64,000 nucleotides of DNA from an uncultured Nitrososphaerota archaeon (lineage in GTDB: Archaea; Thermoproteota; Nitrososphaeria; Nitrososphaerales; Gagatemarchaeaceae), in assembly GCA_963838925.1 (NCBI GenBank), contig CAWISW010000003.1, positions 256,001 through 320,000 on the forward strand, in the 5' to 3' direction. The position numbers and the translations under genes were made by a program. Below are positions 9,550-19,588 of the stretch, one piece after another; position 1 is the first letter of the stretch, and each line of letters begins with the position of its first letter. The notes under the pieces were generated by a model, which worked only from the letters and a program-made list of their open reading frames with translations, was not told where the DNA came from and searched no databases.

Positions 9550-10671
9550 ATGGCTACGTCCAAAGCTATGAAGCACACGCCCCTCTATGAGTTCCACCGC
9601 ACACACGGCAAGATGGTGGAGTTCGCTGGTTACGAGATGCCAATCTGGTATTCGAGCACAGTGGAAGAGCACATGGCCGTGAGGAACCGCGCAGGGATAT
9701 TCGACGTCTCGCACATGGGCAGGGTAGACGTGACAGGCCCTGACGCCGGGAAATTCATTGAGGGCCTCTTTCCCACGGCCATCGGCAAGCAGCCCAACGG
9801 GAAATCCGTCTACACCCTATTGCTCAACAAGGACGCTGGGATAGTCGACGACCTCATAGTCCTCAAGATGGCCGAGGACAGCTACCTGGTGGTGGTGAAC
9901 GCGGCATGCAAAGCCAAGGACTTGGAGCACATGCAGACGAGCGGGGAAGGGCTCACCTTTAGGATGGACGACATCACGGACGGCACCACCATGATCGCGG
10001 TGCAAGGCCCCTCCGCTGTCGATGCCCTGCAGCCGCTGACTCCCCTCCCTCTGGCGGAGATGAAGAGGTTCACACACGCTCTTTCGACCGTGATGGGAAT
10101 CCGAACAGTAATCACCCGCACCGGATACACGGGCGAGGACGGATTCGAGATAATCGTCTACGACGCGTCGTCAGGCGCGATGGCCATCTGGGAGGCCCTG
10201 GCAAAGGCGGCGACTCCCTGCGCCCTCGGGGCCAGAGACTCTCTGAGGCTTGAAGCCGGCCTGCCGCTCTATGGCTCGGACATGGACGAGGCCACGAATC
10301 CATTGGAGGCGGACCTTGGTTGGGTGGTCTCGAAGGACAAGCAATCATACGTGGGATGGCCCAAGCTGGCGGCTCTGATGCAGCAAGGCCCCTCCAAGGT
10401 CAGGCGGGGAATCGTCATGGACGAGAGGATCCCTCGCCGTGACTTCAAGATCACAGACCAAGCGGGATCGGAGATAGGGGTGGTCACGAGCGGCAGCTTC
10501 TCTCCCGTACTGAAGCGGGGGATCGCGATGGGGTACGTCAGGACCCCCTCCCCCATGCCGGGCGACACGGTCAAGGTGGTCGTGAGGGACGCCCCCAGCA
10601 CAGGGAAGATCACGAAGTTCCCCCTATACGACGACTCGCTGTTCGGATGGAAACGAAAACCGCACCAGTAA
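9550..10671 (+). CDS. gcvT: Glycine cleavage system T protein
   Basis: TPLY, FAGYEMP, FDVSHMG, RTGYTGEDGFE, GARDSLRLEAG; ATG at 9550 (track ORF over-extended). Confidence 0.95.
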   Translation: MATSKAMKHTPLYEFHRTHGKMVEFAGYEMPIWYSSTVEEHMAVRNRAGIFDVSHMGRVDVTGPDAGKFIEGLFPTAIGKQPNGKSVYTLLLNKDAGIVDDLIVLKMAEDSYLVVVNAACKAKDLEHMQTSGEGLTFRMDDITDGTTMIAVQGPSAVDALQPLTPLPLAEMKRFTHALSTVMGIRTVITRTGYTGEDGFEIIVYDASSGAMAIWEALAKAATPCALGARDSLRLEAGLPLYGSDMDEATNPLEADLGWVVSKDKQSYVGWPKLAALMQQGPSKVRRGIVMDERIPRRDFKITDQAGSEIGVVTSGSFSPVLKRGIAMGYVRTPSPMPGDTVKVVVRDAPSTGKITKFPLYDDSLFGWKRKPHQ

Positions 10672-10704
10672 TAGTAAATAGATTGCTCGCAAGACCCCGA
10701 GTGT

Positions 10705-11127
10705 TTGAGCAATCCCTCGTCTTACCAGGTCCCCGACGGACTTCTTTACACGAAGGAGCACGAGTGGGCCAGGGTGACGGGCGGCACGGCGAAGATAGGG
10801 ATAACCGACTACGCTTCGAAGACGCTGAACGACATAGTCTACCTGACGCTCCCTTCGGCCGGTCAGGCGGTAAAGCAGCTCGGCTCGTTCGGAACCGTCG
10901 AGTCAATCAAGGCCGTCTCCGAGCTCTACTCGCCGCTCTCGGGCACCGTACTGAGCACGAACCAGGAACTCTCCAGCCACCCCGAGCTGATCAACAAGTC
11001 GCCCTACGATGCAGGCTGGATTATCGAGCTGAAGCCCTCCAACCTGGAAGCAGAGAAGAAGACCCTCCTATCGCCGAAGCAGTACGAAGAGTTCCTAAAG
11101 TCGTTAGACGCCGAGCACGGGACCTAG
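10705..11127 (+). CDS. gcvH: Glycine cleavage system H protein
   Basis: YTKEHEW, GITDYA, lipoyl motif VESIKAVSELYSPLSG. Confidence 0.95.
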   Translation: MSNPSSYQVPDGLLYTKEHEWARVTGGTAKIGITDYASKTLNDIVYLTLPSAGQAVKQLGSFGTVESIKAVSELYSPLSGTVLSTNQELSSHPELINKSPYDAGWIIELKPSNLEAEKKTLLSPKQYEEFLKSLDAEHGT

Positions 11128-11239
11128 GCCCATGATTCGGGGAAGCGCCTTTCTCCGGATTGGGTGAACCCTGCTCGCAAAGTTCGCCAAGCCCAATTCG
11201 AAAAACTCTTAAATGGTCTGAGGGCGCTGTCGAACAAGT

Positions 11240-13519
11240 TTGAGCGGCATTCTAAGTAACTTGCTACGCGGCGCTATTCGGCGCCCCACCGTCACCAGAC
11301 GTAGCATGATTACTGGGCTGGTATTGGTCAGCGTCTTTGTCATCGCAATCCTGATGCGAATCTTCCCAGCCAAGTACGGCTTCTACCTTAACGAGTTCGA
11401 CCCCTACTACGACTACAAGGCGGCGAACTTCATAGTCACGTCCTTCGACCAGAGCTGGAACGCGGGCACGGGCGGCATCCCGGGGCTCATGCACTACTTC
11501 TCTTGGATTGACTACACGACCTGGTTCCCCGAGGGGAGGGCCGTGGCAGCGACCTCACAGGACGGGCTCCAGTTCGCGGGCGCTCTCTCGTTCATCTTCT
11601 TCAGGAACGTGTTCGGGCTCCAACTGAACCTCTACAACTACCTCATCCTCTTCCCAGTGTTCGTCGGCGCTCTGACCTGCCTCGTCTTCTACCTCCTCGT
11701 CAAGCGCATCGCTGGCGAGGTCGGGGGCCTCTTCGCCGCCCTCATGGTGGCGGTCTCTCCACCCCTCATCGAGAGAGGCAACCTCGGCTGGTTCAAGTCA
11801 GAGCCCCTGGCGATATTCCTCTTCGCGTGCGCGGCCTACCTCTTCCTTACCCTACTCGACAGCCCGCTGAGCACGAAGCAGAAGGTCTTCCGCGGCGTCT
11901 TCGCAGGTCTCTTGGCAGGCTACGCGAACACGGCATGGGGAGGCGGATTGTACTTCACGATCGCGTTCGGCTTGTTCTTCGTGATAATGCCGTTCCTCAA
12001 CTTCGACGTCCCCAACCTGTCGGTCGTCGCCCTCCTGTTCGCGGCGGGTGACATCTTCGGCAGCGCCATCTTCCCCAGACCAGGGACTGCAATCGTCACG
12101 AACCCCGCGGGCTTCGCCCTGCTCGGCGGAACCGTGTTCCTAGTAGTGGCGCAGTGGATGAGGACGTGGGTAAAGCCTGCTGAATACAGGTGGACAATGG
12201 TCAAGGTACTGCTGGGCTTCGGACTCATCGGCCTTGCCGTCTTGAGCTTCGGGCTCCTCTCGACGGTAAGCCGAAGATACCTCTCCGCAATCCTTCCCTG
12301 GGTGAGAAGCGGCGACCCGCTAGTCGAGTCGGTCGCCGAGCACTTCATCCCCACGGGAGGAGACTACTTCTCGTCATACCTGGTGCTGCTCTTCTTGGGC
12401 ATCTTCGGAGCATATGTCGCGTTCAGGCGTAAGAGCCCCGCGATCGGGTTCGCCCTGGTCATAGGGCTCTCGAGCCTCTACATCTCGGCGGCGTTCTCGC
12501 GCCTGCTGGTCTACTCCTCGATCGCCCTCGCCATCCTCGGCGGGATAGGCTTCGCGGAGGTGCTGTTCGCGATACTAAAGCCGAACGCGCCGACGCTCAT
12601 CAAGAGGAAGCCGACCTACTCCCAGCAGAGCGAGATGCGCGCGGTGTACTCGATAGCGCTGATTGCGCTGCTGGCATTCCCAGCGAGCATATTCTGGATT
12701 CCCAACCCCGTCCAGTGCACCGGCTCTAGCCTTCTCTGCGACCAGAGCCCGGCGGACTACGGAGTGACGATAGCGAACGGCGGGACAGTCTTCTCGCACG
12801 CCCAGATCACCGACTGGTTCCAAGCCCTCAACTGGATTCACGATAACACCCCCACGAACGCGGTGATTATCGCCTGGTGGGACTATGGGTACTGGATCAA
12901 CGTAATGGGCAACAGGACCGTTGTCGCCGACAACGCCACGCTCAACGAGACTAGGATAGCGGAGATCGGGCAGATGTTCTTCCAGAACGAGACGGCGGGG
13001 GCAGCGACAGCGCTCAGCATGGGCCACGGCCGACCCACCTACGTCCTGATGTTCCTCACCGGCAGCGAGGTCTCGATCAACGGCGTGAGCTACTACGTCC
13101 TGCAGCTCCCCGCGGGGTCGTCCGGATTCACCCCGGGTGGTGGCGACGAGAGCAAGAAGCAGTGGTTCATACGCATCGCAGGGCTCAACGAGACCGAGTT
13201 CCTCCAGCCGCAGCCTGACGACTTCAACCTCACACCGACAGGACTGACCAATAGCGTCTTCGGGCTGATGCTGCCTTTCACGTTCGCGGGGTACTACGAC
13301 ACCTCCAACTCCTCAGCGACAGTAACGCAGACCTATTCGCTAGACGCCAACACGGGCGCTCCGCCTCTCCAGCTCTTCACTTCCCCGTACGCGTTCCAAC
13401 TGACTGGAGGGACTGCCCCGTTCCAAGTGGTCTTCCACTCGTCCAGCTTGGACAACCCGCTTTCGTGCGCGAGCGGGGTAAGCTGCTTCTCGACAGTCCT
13501 GATCTACAAGGTTTCTTAG
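11240..13519 (+). CDS. aglB: Oligosaccharyltransferase AglB (STT3)
   Basis: EFDPY, multiple TM helices, SVAEH, WWDYG, DNAT, DESK. Confidence 0.95.
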   Translation: MSGILSNLLRGAIRRPTVTRRSMITGLVLVSVFVIAILMRIFPAKYGFYLNEFDPYYDYKAANFIVTSFDQSWNAGTGGIPGLMHYFSWIDYTTWFPEGRAVAATSQDGLQFAGALSFIFFRNVFGLQLNLYNYLILFPVFVGALTCLVFYLLVKRIAGEVGGLFAALMVAVSPPLIERGNLGWFKSEPLAIFLFACAAYLFLTLLDSPLSTKQKVFRGVFAGLLAGYANTAWGGGLYFTIAFGLFFVIMPFLNFDVPNLSVVALLFAAGDIFGSAIFPRPGTAIVTNPAGFALLGGTVFLVVAQWMRTWVKPAEYRWTMVKVLLGFGLIGLAVLSFGLLSTVSRRYLSAILPWVRSGDPLVESVAEHFIPTGGDYFSSYLVLLFLGIFGAYVAFRRKSPAIGFALVIGLSSLYISAAFSRLLVYSSIALAILGGIGFAEVLFAILKPNAPTLIKRKPTYSQQSEMRAVYSIALIALLAFPASIFWIPNPVQCTGSSLLCDQSPADYGVTIANGGTVFSHAQITDWFQALNWIHDNTPTNAVIIAWWDYGYWINVMGNRTVVADNATLNETRIAEIGQMFFQNETAGAATALSMGHGRPTYVLMFLTGSEVSINGVSYYVLQLPAGSSGFTPGGGDESKKQWFIRIAGLNETEFLQPQPDDFNLTPTGLTNSVFGLMLPFTFAGYYDTSNSSATVTQTYSLDANTGAPPLQLFTSPYAFQLTGGTAPFQVVFHSSSLDNPLSCASGVSCFSTVLIYKVS

Positions 13520-13545
13520 ACTGAGCAGCCTAAACTAGGCTTTCG

Positions 13546-13722
13546 CTAGGGGTTCTGCGGCGCAGCAGTCTCGTACGCGAGCGGGCTTCTGTATCTGGCA
13601 TACTTGTCGTCAGGAGAGTACTTCGCGGGCGCGGCCAATGCCGTCGCCTCCCCGCATGCCGAGCACTTGCCCTCCATCGTGTACTTCGAGCACTTTGGGC
13701 ACCTGAAGAGAAGGTTCTTCAT
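13546..13722 (-). CDS. nop10: H/ACA RNP protein Nop10
   Basis: MKNLLFRCPKCSKYTM...PAKYSPDDKYARYR; directly downstream of aIF2a. Confidence 0.92.
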   Translation of the reverse strand: MKNLLFRCPKCSKYTMEGKCSACGEATALAAPAKYSPDDKYARYRSPLAYETAAPQNP

Positions 13723-13727
13723 TCCAT

Positions 13728-14528
13728 CTAGGCCCCGCCGCCGTACTTGCGCGACATCTCCTTCTTGCTGGTGAAGCTTCCGTGCTTGCCTATGGACTCC
13801 TCCATCTTCAGGAGCACCGCTGCCATGACCTTGTCGGCCTGCTTGTAATCGTCCGCCGTGACCCTGACCCTGTACCGGGGCGCCCCCACGTAGGTCATCT
13901 TGATTTCGGCCGCGGTCGAAGCGCCCGTACCCGCTGCGAGCGCCTTCTTGATCTGGAGTATCCCGTCCGCAGCGTTCGAGCTCATCTCTACTATGCTCCC
14001 GACCTCGTACTTCGGCGAAGCTATCTTCTCTCTGGCAGCCGTGACCATCTCGTTCACGAGGTCTGCGGGGAGGTCCATTGACGCGAAGGTCTTCTCGCCC
14101 TTCTTCGCCGCGTCCTCTAGCGCGTCGTAGAGGGTGCCGTGCTCGCCGAGCAGCTTGGAGATGAGTTCGGAGAACTGCTTGTCGTCCATCGCGAGCTTCT
14201 TCTTCACCATCGAGAGTATCGTCATGGCCTTCTCCTTTTGCTTCCACTCAATCAGCTTGTTCCGCCGCTCCTCGTTCGTGACCTGCCTGAGCGACAGGTC
14301 GACCTCCCTCCTCGACTTTTCGGCCCTCACGACCTTGAGGACCAGCTTCTGTCCCACCTTGGCCACCCTGTCTATGTTCCTGACCCAACCGGTGGAGATT
14401 TCAGAGATGTGGAGGAAGCCGTTCATCCCGTTGTACTCGTCCAGGTCGACGTAGATGCCGTGGGAGGTGATCTCCCTAACGGTGCAGAGGACTATGTCTC
14501 CTCTCTCGGGAAGCGCGCTGCTCTCCAA
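13728..14528 (-). CDS. eif2a: Translation initiation factor aIF2 alpha
   Basis: S1 domain with GFLHISEISTGW, VDLSLRQV, YVGAPRY. Confidence 0.95.
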   Translation of the reverse strand: MESSALPERGDIVLCTVREITSHGIYVDLDEYNGMNGFLHISEISTGWVRNIDRVAKVGQKLVLKVVRAEKSRREVDLSLRQVTNEERRNKLIEWKQKEKAMTILSMVKKKLAMDDKQFSELISKLLGEHGTLYDALEDAAKKGEKTFASMDLPADLVNEMVTAAREKIASPKYEVGSIVEMSSNAADGILQIKKALAAGTGASTAAEIKMTYVGAPRYRVRVTADDYKQADKVMAAVLLKMEESIGKHGSFTSKKEMSRKYGGGA

Positions 14529-14577
14529 AACGATATTCTCCTCTCGTTCGACTTTGCCGAGAAGGCTGGTTATTAAT

Positions 14578-14775
14578 CTAGTCTAGCCGCTTGATTACCG
14601 GGGCGTCAACCTCTACCTTTCCCCCGGTCTTGCTCGCGAGCTTCCTCCCGCACCCCCTGCACGTCACGTCCCTGGTGGATGCGGAGAACATCGGCCTCTC
14701 CTCGCCGCAATCAGGGCACTTTACCAGAAGGAAGCTGCTCCTGGGCTTCGGTATGAACTCTCGCTCTTTCTTCAT
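14578..14775 (-). CDS. rps27e: 30S ribosomal protein S27e
   Basis: PRSSFLLVKCPDC...C..C...TGGK. Confidence 0.95.
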   Translation of the reverse strand: MKKEREFIPKPRSSFLLVKCPDCGEERPMFSASTRDVTCRGCGRKLASKTGGKVEVDAPVIKRLD

Positions 14776-14779
14776 GTTG

Positions 14780-15058
14780 CTACTGCACTATCTCTGCCTT
14801 TCTCAGGCGTATCCCCTTGCGCATCGCCTCTTTGTTGCATTCCTTGCATTTCAATTTTAGGGTGGCCTTCTTGGTGGTTTTCGCGGTCCTGATGAGCTCC
14901 GGGAACTTCTGGCCTCCGTAGCCGTGCTTTCTCGTGGCCTGCCGCCTTGCTCCCCAAGAAGACGCCCTCTCCTTCCCTTTCTTGTAAAGTGAGACAGAAT
15001 GGATGGTGTGCTTCTTGCAATGTGGGCAATTGGTGTTGATTTCCTTGGGAATCTTCAT
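14780..15058 (-). CDS. rpl44e: 50S ribosomal protein L44e
   Basis: MKIPK..CPHCKKHT.H, GYGGQKFP, KTTKK. Confidence 0.95.
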   Translation of the reverse strand: MKIPKEINTNCPHCKKHTIHSVSLYKKGKERASSWGARRQATRKHGYGGQKFPELIRTAKTTKKATLKLKCKECNKEAMRKGIRLRKAEIVQ

Positions 15059-15091
15059 TGGGTTTTCAGCCAAGCCGACTCGTCTTATGAT

Positions 15092-15697
15092 TTATGCCTT
15101 ATGGTCTGACTCTTCGCTATCGGCCTGACTCCACCAGTTATCAAGATACGGCTTGAGACTCGCCATGAAGTCTCCAGGAGGCTCCAACTTCAGGCTGTAG
15201 ACTTTTCCTCCCGGATTAGCCGACGACGCCAGAACCGAATGGACGTTCGCAAGGTAGCGCATCACAGTCGACGGGTCGTCCCTCCACTTGCTCTCGATCA
15301 ACTTGATCTCCGACCGCCTGTGAAATATCGGAGGGACTCCCAAGAACACCCCCAGGGTCGCCTTGGCCCTGATGTCGTCGTTGCTCAAGATCCCCAACGT
15401 GAAGAAGGGCTGACCATCGCTTCCCGAGCCACCTTCCAAGTTCATCACGATGTGGGCACAGACCAGAATTACCTGCTGCGGGTCGAACTTCCTTATCATG
15501 ACGTAACAAGACGTCTTGTCGGCCGGTGTTTCACTCCTCGGGAGGAACCAGACCCGCATCCTGTCTATCGACGAATCCCACTCGCCCCGAGCTAGGACGT
15601 TGAGGTCTACATCTACCGGTGTGAACGGGACGGACGCGACCAAGGAATAGACGCGCGCCGTCTCTCCGCGGAGATACTCTTCCAACTGGACTCTCAA
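15092..15697 (-). CDS. Hypothetical protein inserted between rpl44e and PCNA (start uncertain)
   Basis: Long ORF with AT-richer codon usage; no recognised motif. Confidence 0.5.
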   Translation of the reverse strand: MRVQLEEYLRGETARVYSLVASVPFTPVDVDLNVLARGEWDSSIDRMRVWFLPRSETPADKTSCYVMIRKFDPQQVILVCAHIVMNLEGGSGSDGQPFFTLGILSNDDIRAKATLGVFLGVPPIFHRRSEIKLIESKWRDDPSTVMRYLANVHSVLASSANPGGKVYSLKLEPPGDFMASLKPYLDNWWSQADSEESDHKA

Positions 15698-15825
15698 CTC
15701 GCACGACCCCTCTAGGATTCGTGGACAGAACTTAACCGCCCACGTCCCGGGGATTTCCTCCCAACCATAACCAATCTTTATTATCAGTCGTTGCGCAACC
15801 CGAGTGAAGGCGAGCACCACCAAGC

Positions 15826-16581
15826 ATGTTCTTTGCGAAGACGGCCGGCAGCCAAGAGTGGAAGGCCATTGCCGCAGCGATCAAGACGCTCGTCGAAGAG
15901 GCGACATTCGAGGTCTCGAGCGAGGGCCTCGTCTTCAGGGCGATGGATCCTTCACACATCGCGCTCGTGGACCTCAACTGGCCGAACTCGAGCTTTGAGA
16001 AGTTCGAGTGCGACAAGCCCCTCAAGTTCACCATCAGGGTAGAGGACTTCGTCAAGCTGATTGCGAGGAGCGACACCAAGGACAGCGTGGAGATAACCTC
16101 CAGCGAAGACGATGCGCTGACGCTCAGGTTGATGAACGGCTACAAGCGGGAGTTCAAGGTCCACCTCATAGAGACCACCCCCGGCACGGCCCCCCTCCCA
16201 AAACTGGACCTCGACGTGAAGCTCTCGATGAGCAAGAGCGTGTTCGAGAAGGTTCTCGGCGACATCTCGGTGGTCGCAGACCAAGTCATGATATCGTCGT
16301 TGAAGGAGGGGGTCTCCTTCTCAGGGAAGAGCGACGTGGGAGCCGCGACCATCCAGCTCGACAAGGGAGGCGCGGACGTGCTCGACCTGCAGGTGAAGCA
16401 GGAGGCGAAGGCGAGCTACAACATAGACTACCTGTTGGGAATCTCAAAGGCGGTCGGGAGCGCCTCGGACATCGTGGTCATCGAGTACTCGAGCAAGAAG
16501 CCTGCTCGCTTGGAGTTCAAGCTGAACGAGCAGGGTGCAAGAATCCACTACTTCCTCGCGCCAAGGATTCAAGAGAACTAG
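15826..16581 (+). CDS. pcn: PCNA sliding clamp
   Basis: RAMDPSHIALV, C-terminal YFLAPR. Confidence 0.96.
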   Translation: MFFAKTAGSQEWKAIAAAIKTLVEEATFEVSSEGLVFRAMDPSHIALVDLNWPNSSFEKFECDKPLKFTIRVEDFVKLIARSDTKDSVEITSSEDDALTLRLMNGYKREFKVHLIETTPGTAPLPKLDLDVKLSMSKSVFEKVLGDISVVADQVMISSLKEGVSFSGKSDVGAATIQLDKGGADVLDLQVKQEAKASYNIDYLLGISKAVGSASDIVVIEYSSKKPARLEFKLNEQGARIHYFLAPRIQEN

Positions 16582-16624
16582 CCCCTCACTAATCTTATAA
16601 TGAGCGACGAGGTCCATCGCCTCG

Positions 16625-17728
16625 TTGTCCGCGAGCACCCCGAAGGCCGAAGGTACCCAGTCCCAAGCGGACGAAAAGACCACCGCGTTCTTGCGCAAGG
16701 CCTTCCGGGAGCACTACTTCAGGCATCACGACGAGGTGGAAGTGCCTACGATGATCCAGAACCGGGAGTTCGGATACATCCCTTTCGGCAAGGGGATGAT
16801 AAGGCACCTCTCGTACAAGTCGTCGGGCGAGCTCGCTGCCGACCTGGTGAAGCAGGCCCCGTCGTCGGTGTTCTGCTCAAACGCCACCTACTCAAACCCG
16901 ACGCTGCCGATGGACGAGAAGGGATGGAAGGGGGCAGAACTAATCTTCGACATCGACGCGAGCGCCATCCCCACCACGTGCGCGGCCAAGCACAGCTACT
17001 GGACGTGCAAGACGTGCGGGAAGGTCATCCGCTCCGCAGAGAGGCCCGAATCCTGCCCGAAGTGCGAGGGGACGAGCACGACCCAGCTGCACTGGAGCTG
17101 CCCCGAGTGCCTGGGAGCCACCAAGGAGCACGTCTCCCGCTTGGTGCGCTTCCTCACGAACGACTTCGGGGTCTCGAGCTCAAGCATCAGCGTGTACTTC
17201 TCCGGGAACAGGGGATACCACCTCCACGTCGAGGACGAGCGGTTCGAGGAGATGGACCCGGCTGCACGCGCCCAGGTGGCAAACTACATCAGGGGCACGG
17301 GTTTGGAGCGCCCGCAAGCGTCCGACTTGGCGCGCGCAGGGGCCCCGGACAGAGGAGGATGGCTCGACAGGATAGCCTCGTTAGAGGGCAAAGACCAGCC
17401 TCGGAAGTTCGAGCAGGTCGTCAACACGTTCAGCTCAAGGATTGACGAGTCGGTCACAACGGATATACACAGGATTTTTCGCATGCCCGGGACGTTGCAC
17501 GGGAACTCAGGGCTGCTCAAGATGCGAGTCCACGACCTAGACGCATTCAGGCCGGACTTCGACCCCGTCGCGCTCGGGGACGAGGAGGTGACCGTCTTGG
17601 TCCAGGGCTCCCCCGCCTTCAGCCTGAAGGGGAGGACGTTCGGGCCCTATTCTTCCGAGGAGGCCGACGTCCCCACATACGCCGCCGCGTACCTGATGAC
17701 GAAAGGATTGGGGAGGGTGGCCGAGTAG
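16625..17728 (+). CDS. priS: DNA primase small subunit with Zn-ribbon insertion
   Basis: REFG, ELIFDID, FSGNRGYH, IDESVTTDIHRIFRMPGTLH. Confidence 0.93.
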   Translation: MSASTPKAEGTQSQADEKTTAFLRKAFREHYFRHHDEVEVPTMIQNREFGYIPFGKGMIRHLSYKSSGELAADLVKQAPSSVFCSNATYSNPTLPMDEKGWKGAELIFDIDASAIPTTCAAKHSYWTCKTCGKVIRSAERPESCPKCEGTSTTQLHWSCPECLGATKEHVSRLVRFLTNDFGVSSSSISVYFSGNRGYHLHVEDERFEEMDPAARAQVANYIRGTGLERPQASDLARAGAPDRGGWLDRIASLEGKDQPRKFEQVVNTFSSRIDESVTTDIHRIFRMPGTLHGNSGLLKMRVHDLDAFRPDFDPVALGDEEVTVLVQGSPAFSLKGRTFGPYSSEEADVPTYAAAYLMTKGLGRVAE

Positions 17729-18319
17729 ATGGAGAACGTGTCGACCGTCGAGAGGCTGAGGCAGGTCTTGGATTTGGAGGAGGCCTCCGAGACCCTCACC
17801 GCGATCCCGCCCGACACCTACACAAAGCTGGCCAACTACGCCCAGAAGCTCCGAGCCGCAAGCGGCTCAGGAAACGAGGACGCCCCCGGGCGACTGGCGA
17901 AGAAGCAACTCTGGCTCATGGAGGTGATGACAAAGCGCCTCCTCCAGCTGCGACTGTCAAAGGCGGAGAAGGAAGCGCTAGCAGTCCGTCGGGATGGGGA
18001 GCCCGCTTACTCCCCCAAGAACCTGCTGCCCGAGGAGCGAAACATAAACGACGTTTTCACGCAGTTCACGAAGAAGGAGGAGCGCTTCGTGAAGGCCATG
18101 GTGGACGGCCAACCCTCCTTCTTCACCCTCGTCCAGAGGAGGGAGACACAGAGGATGACGACCGTGAGGATCTTGAAGCGCGTAGGTGAGATAATGGGGA
18201 CCGACCTGAAGAGATACGGCCCGTTCGAGACGAACGACGTGGCCAGGCTTCCGGCCGGGAACGCTCAGGTGATGGTCTCGAGCAAGCAGGCCGCGCCGAT
18301 CTCAGGCGACCAGTACTAG
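17729..18319 (+). CDS. GINS subunit (Gins15/Gins51-like)
   Basis: Position in PCNA-priS-GINS synteny; helical A domain and C-terminal B domain with G.D.K.YGPF..DV..LP..NA. Confidence 0.7.
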   Translation: MENVSTVERLRQVLDLEEASETLTAIPPDTYTKLANYAQKLRAASGSGNEDAPGRLAKKQLWLMEVMTKRLLQLRLSKAEKEALAVRRDGEPAYSPKNLLPEERNINDVFTQFTKKEERFVKAMVDGQPSFFTLVQRRETQRMTTVRILKRVGEIMGTDLKRYGPFETNDVARLPAGNAQVMVSSKQAAPISGDQY

Positions 18320-18663
18320 GAGTAGCTTCTCCAGGTGTGGTTGCACTTCAGGCACCTGTAGAACTGGGTCGGCGGCTCGTCCCCGCTTCGCGTCTGCAAG
18401 AACCACCAGTTCGCCTCGTCGTGCCCGCACTTCGGGCACTCGATCTTCGTCATAGGGAGCGTGGAGAGCTTGCTCTCCTTCTCGCCGACCACCTTTATCG
18501 TCGGGACGTCCGACAGCTCCTCCTCCGTGGTCTGCGTGACAGTCCTTCCAGCCTTGTCAGAGTAGCCGCAGTTGTCGCAGAGCAGGGTTATTGTGGCGCC
18601 GCCCTTCTCCGCCTTTACTTGCTTGAGCTTTAGACGCGTACCACACTTGGGGCAGAACTTCAC
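18316..18663 (-). CDS. tfs: Transcription factor S (TFS/RpoM)
   Basis: MKFCPKCG...CPKCGH...QTRSGDEPPTQFYRC. Confidence 0.94.
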   Translation of the reverse strand: MKFCPKCGTRLKLKQVKAEKGGATITLLCDNCGYSDKAGRTVTQTTEEELSDVPTIKVVGEKESKLSTLPMTKIECPKCGHDEANWWFLQTRSGDEPPTQFYRCLKCNHTWRSYS

Positions 18664-18947
18664 TCCGACCCACCACTGACGGCCTTGGTCACGGCGTCGA
18701 GCAGCTCGTGCGAGTTGACCTGGGCCCTCTCGAGACTCGCTAAGAAAGCCTTCTCGGGCTTTATTCGCTGGGCGCGGACCTTCATGACCAGCTTCTTGAT
18801 CAGCGGATGCGGCGGAAGGACTCCTGCAAACGTCACGTTCTTCTCGTCAAGCAACTCGTGGTGCACAATCTCGGCAAGGGAGTAGTCCTCTCCCGTCACC
18901 TCGACGGTGAACTCTCTATCTTCCTTCCGAGAGACTTGAACGAGCAT
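18660..18947 (-). CDS. rpoL: RNA polymerase subunit L (Rpo11)
   Basis: GEDYSL...V.FAG...PHPL; synteny with csl4 and tfs. Confidence 0.85.
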   Translation of the reverse strand: MLVQVSRKEDREFTVEVTGEDYSLAEIVHHELLDEKNVTFAGVLPPHPLIKKLVMKVRAQRIKPEKAFLASLERAQVNSHELLDAVTKAVSGGSE

Positions 18948-18986
18948 CTGAATCGAAAAACGGCCCGCTTCGGGCCGTTAATAAGC

Positions 18987-19577
18987 TCATGGTTGGATGT
19001 TTTGGGTGCCGAAGTCGTCCGCGAACTTCCTTTCCTCGACGTTGCCGCACTCCTCACACCTCGCCCTCCCGTCGCCTCGTTGGAGCGGCGTGCCGCAGAC
19101 GCTGCACAAGGCCGCAAGGACTCCGAGATGGGGCTCGTCGAGGGAGAGCAGGTTCATCCCGTTCATCGTGCTCGCCACCCTCGCCCTAACGACGTCGGCC
19201 AGCTTCACATACGTGGGCCTCTCCCCTCTGCCGCCGCGCTCACCACGCGTGGAGATAGTCCCTGGGAAGCCTGCGCGAGTCTCCACGCCGTTCAGGTAAG
19301 AAATCCTCACCCCGGCGGTGCTCGTCATGGCCGCCTCGACCTGGCCCACCACGACGTCCCCGACCGTGGGCCTCCTTGCCACGACTGAAGGTCGAACCGC
19401 AACCTCCCTCTTCGTGAGGTCCCTCTCTACGCGGCCCGGGAGCCTCGCCCTCACAAAGTCCTGCTGCTCGTAGGTGTTCTTCCCCGGCATGAACTCTTCA
19501 GGAGATGCCAGAAAGTCTCCGGGAAGCGCGACCGCGGCCGGCGCGCTCTTCTTCTCAGCTGTTTCAGGTTTGCTCAT
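18987..19577 (-). CDS. csl4: Exosome subunit Csl4
   Basis: PGD.L...EEF.PG, S1 domain, LGVL.A.CS.CG...C..CG..E.RK. Confidence 0.9.
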   Translation of the reverse strand: MSKPETAEKKSAPAAVALPGDFLASPEEFMPGKNTYEQQDFVRARLPGRVERDLTKREVAVRPSVVARRPTVGDVVVGQVEAAMTSTAGVRISYLNGVETRAGFPGTISTRGERGGRGERPTYVKLADVVRARVASTMNGMNLLSLDEPHLGVLAALCSVCGTPLQRGDGRARCEECGNVEERKFADDFGTQNIQP

Positions 19578-19588
19578 CTCGACACACT

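Noticed and set aside
9550-11127. gcvT-gcvH without gcvP or lpd
   Set aside because: These genes are often dispersed in archaea; absence cannot be judged from one window
11128-11166. Hairpin after gcvH
   Set aside because: Most simply an ordinary 3' or terminator structure
16975-17112. Cys-rich insertion in PriS as a possible intein
   Set aside because: Short Zn ribbon without intein splice motifs (no HN-C/S/T junction)
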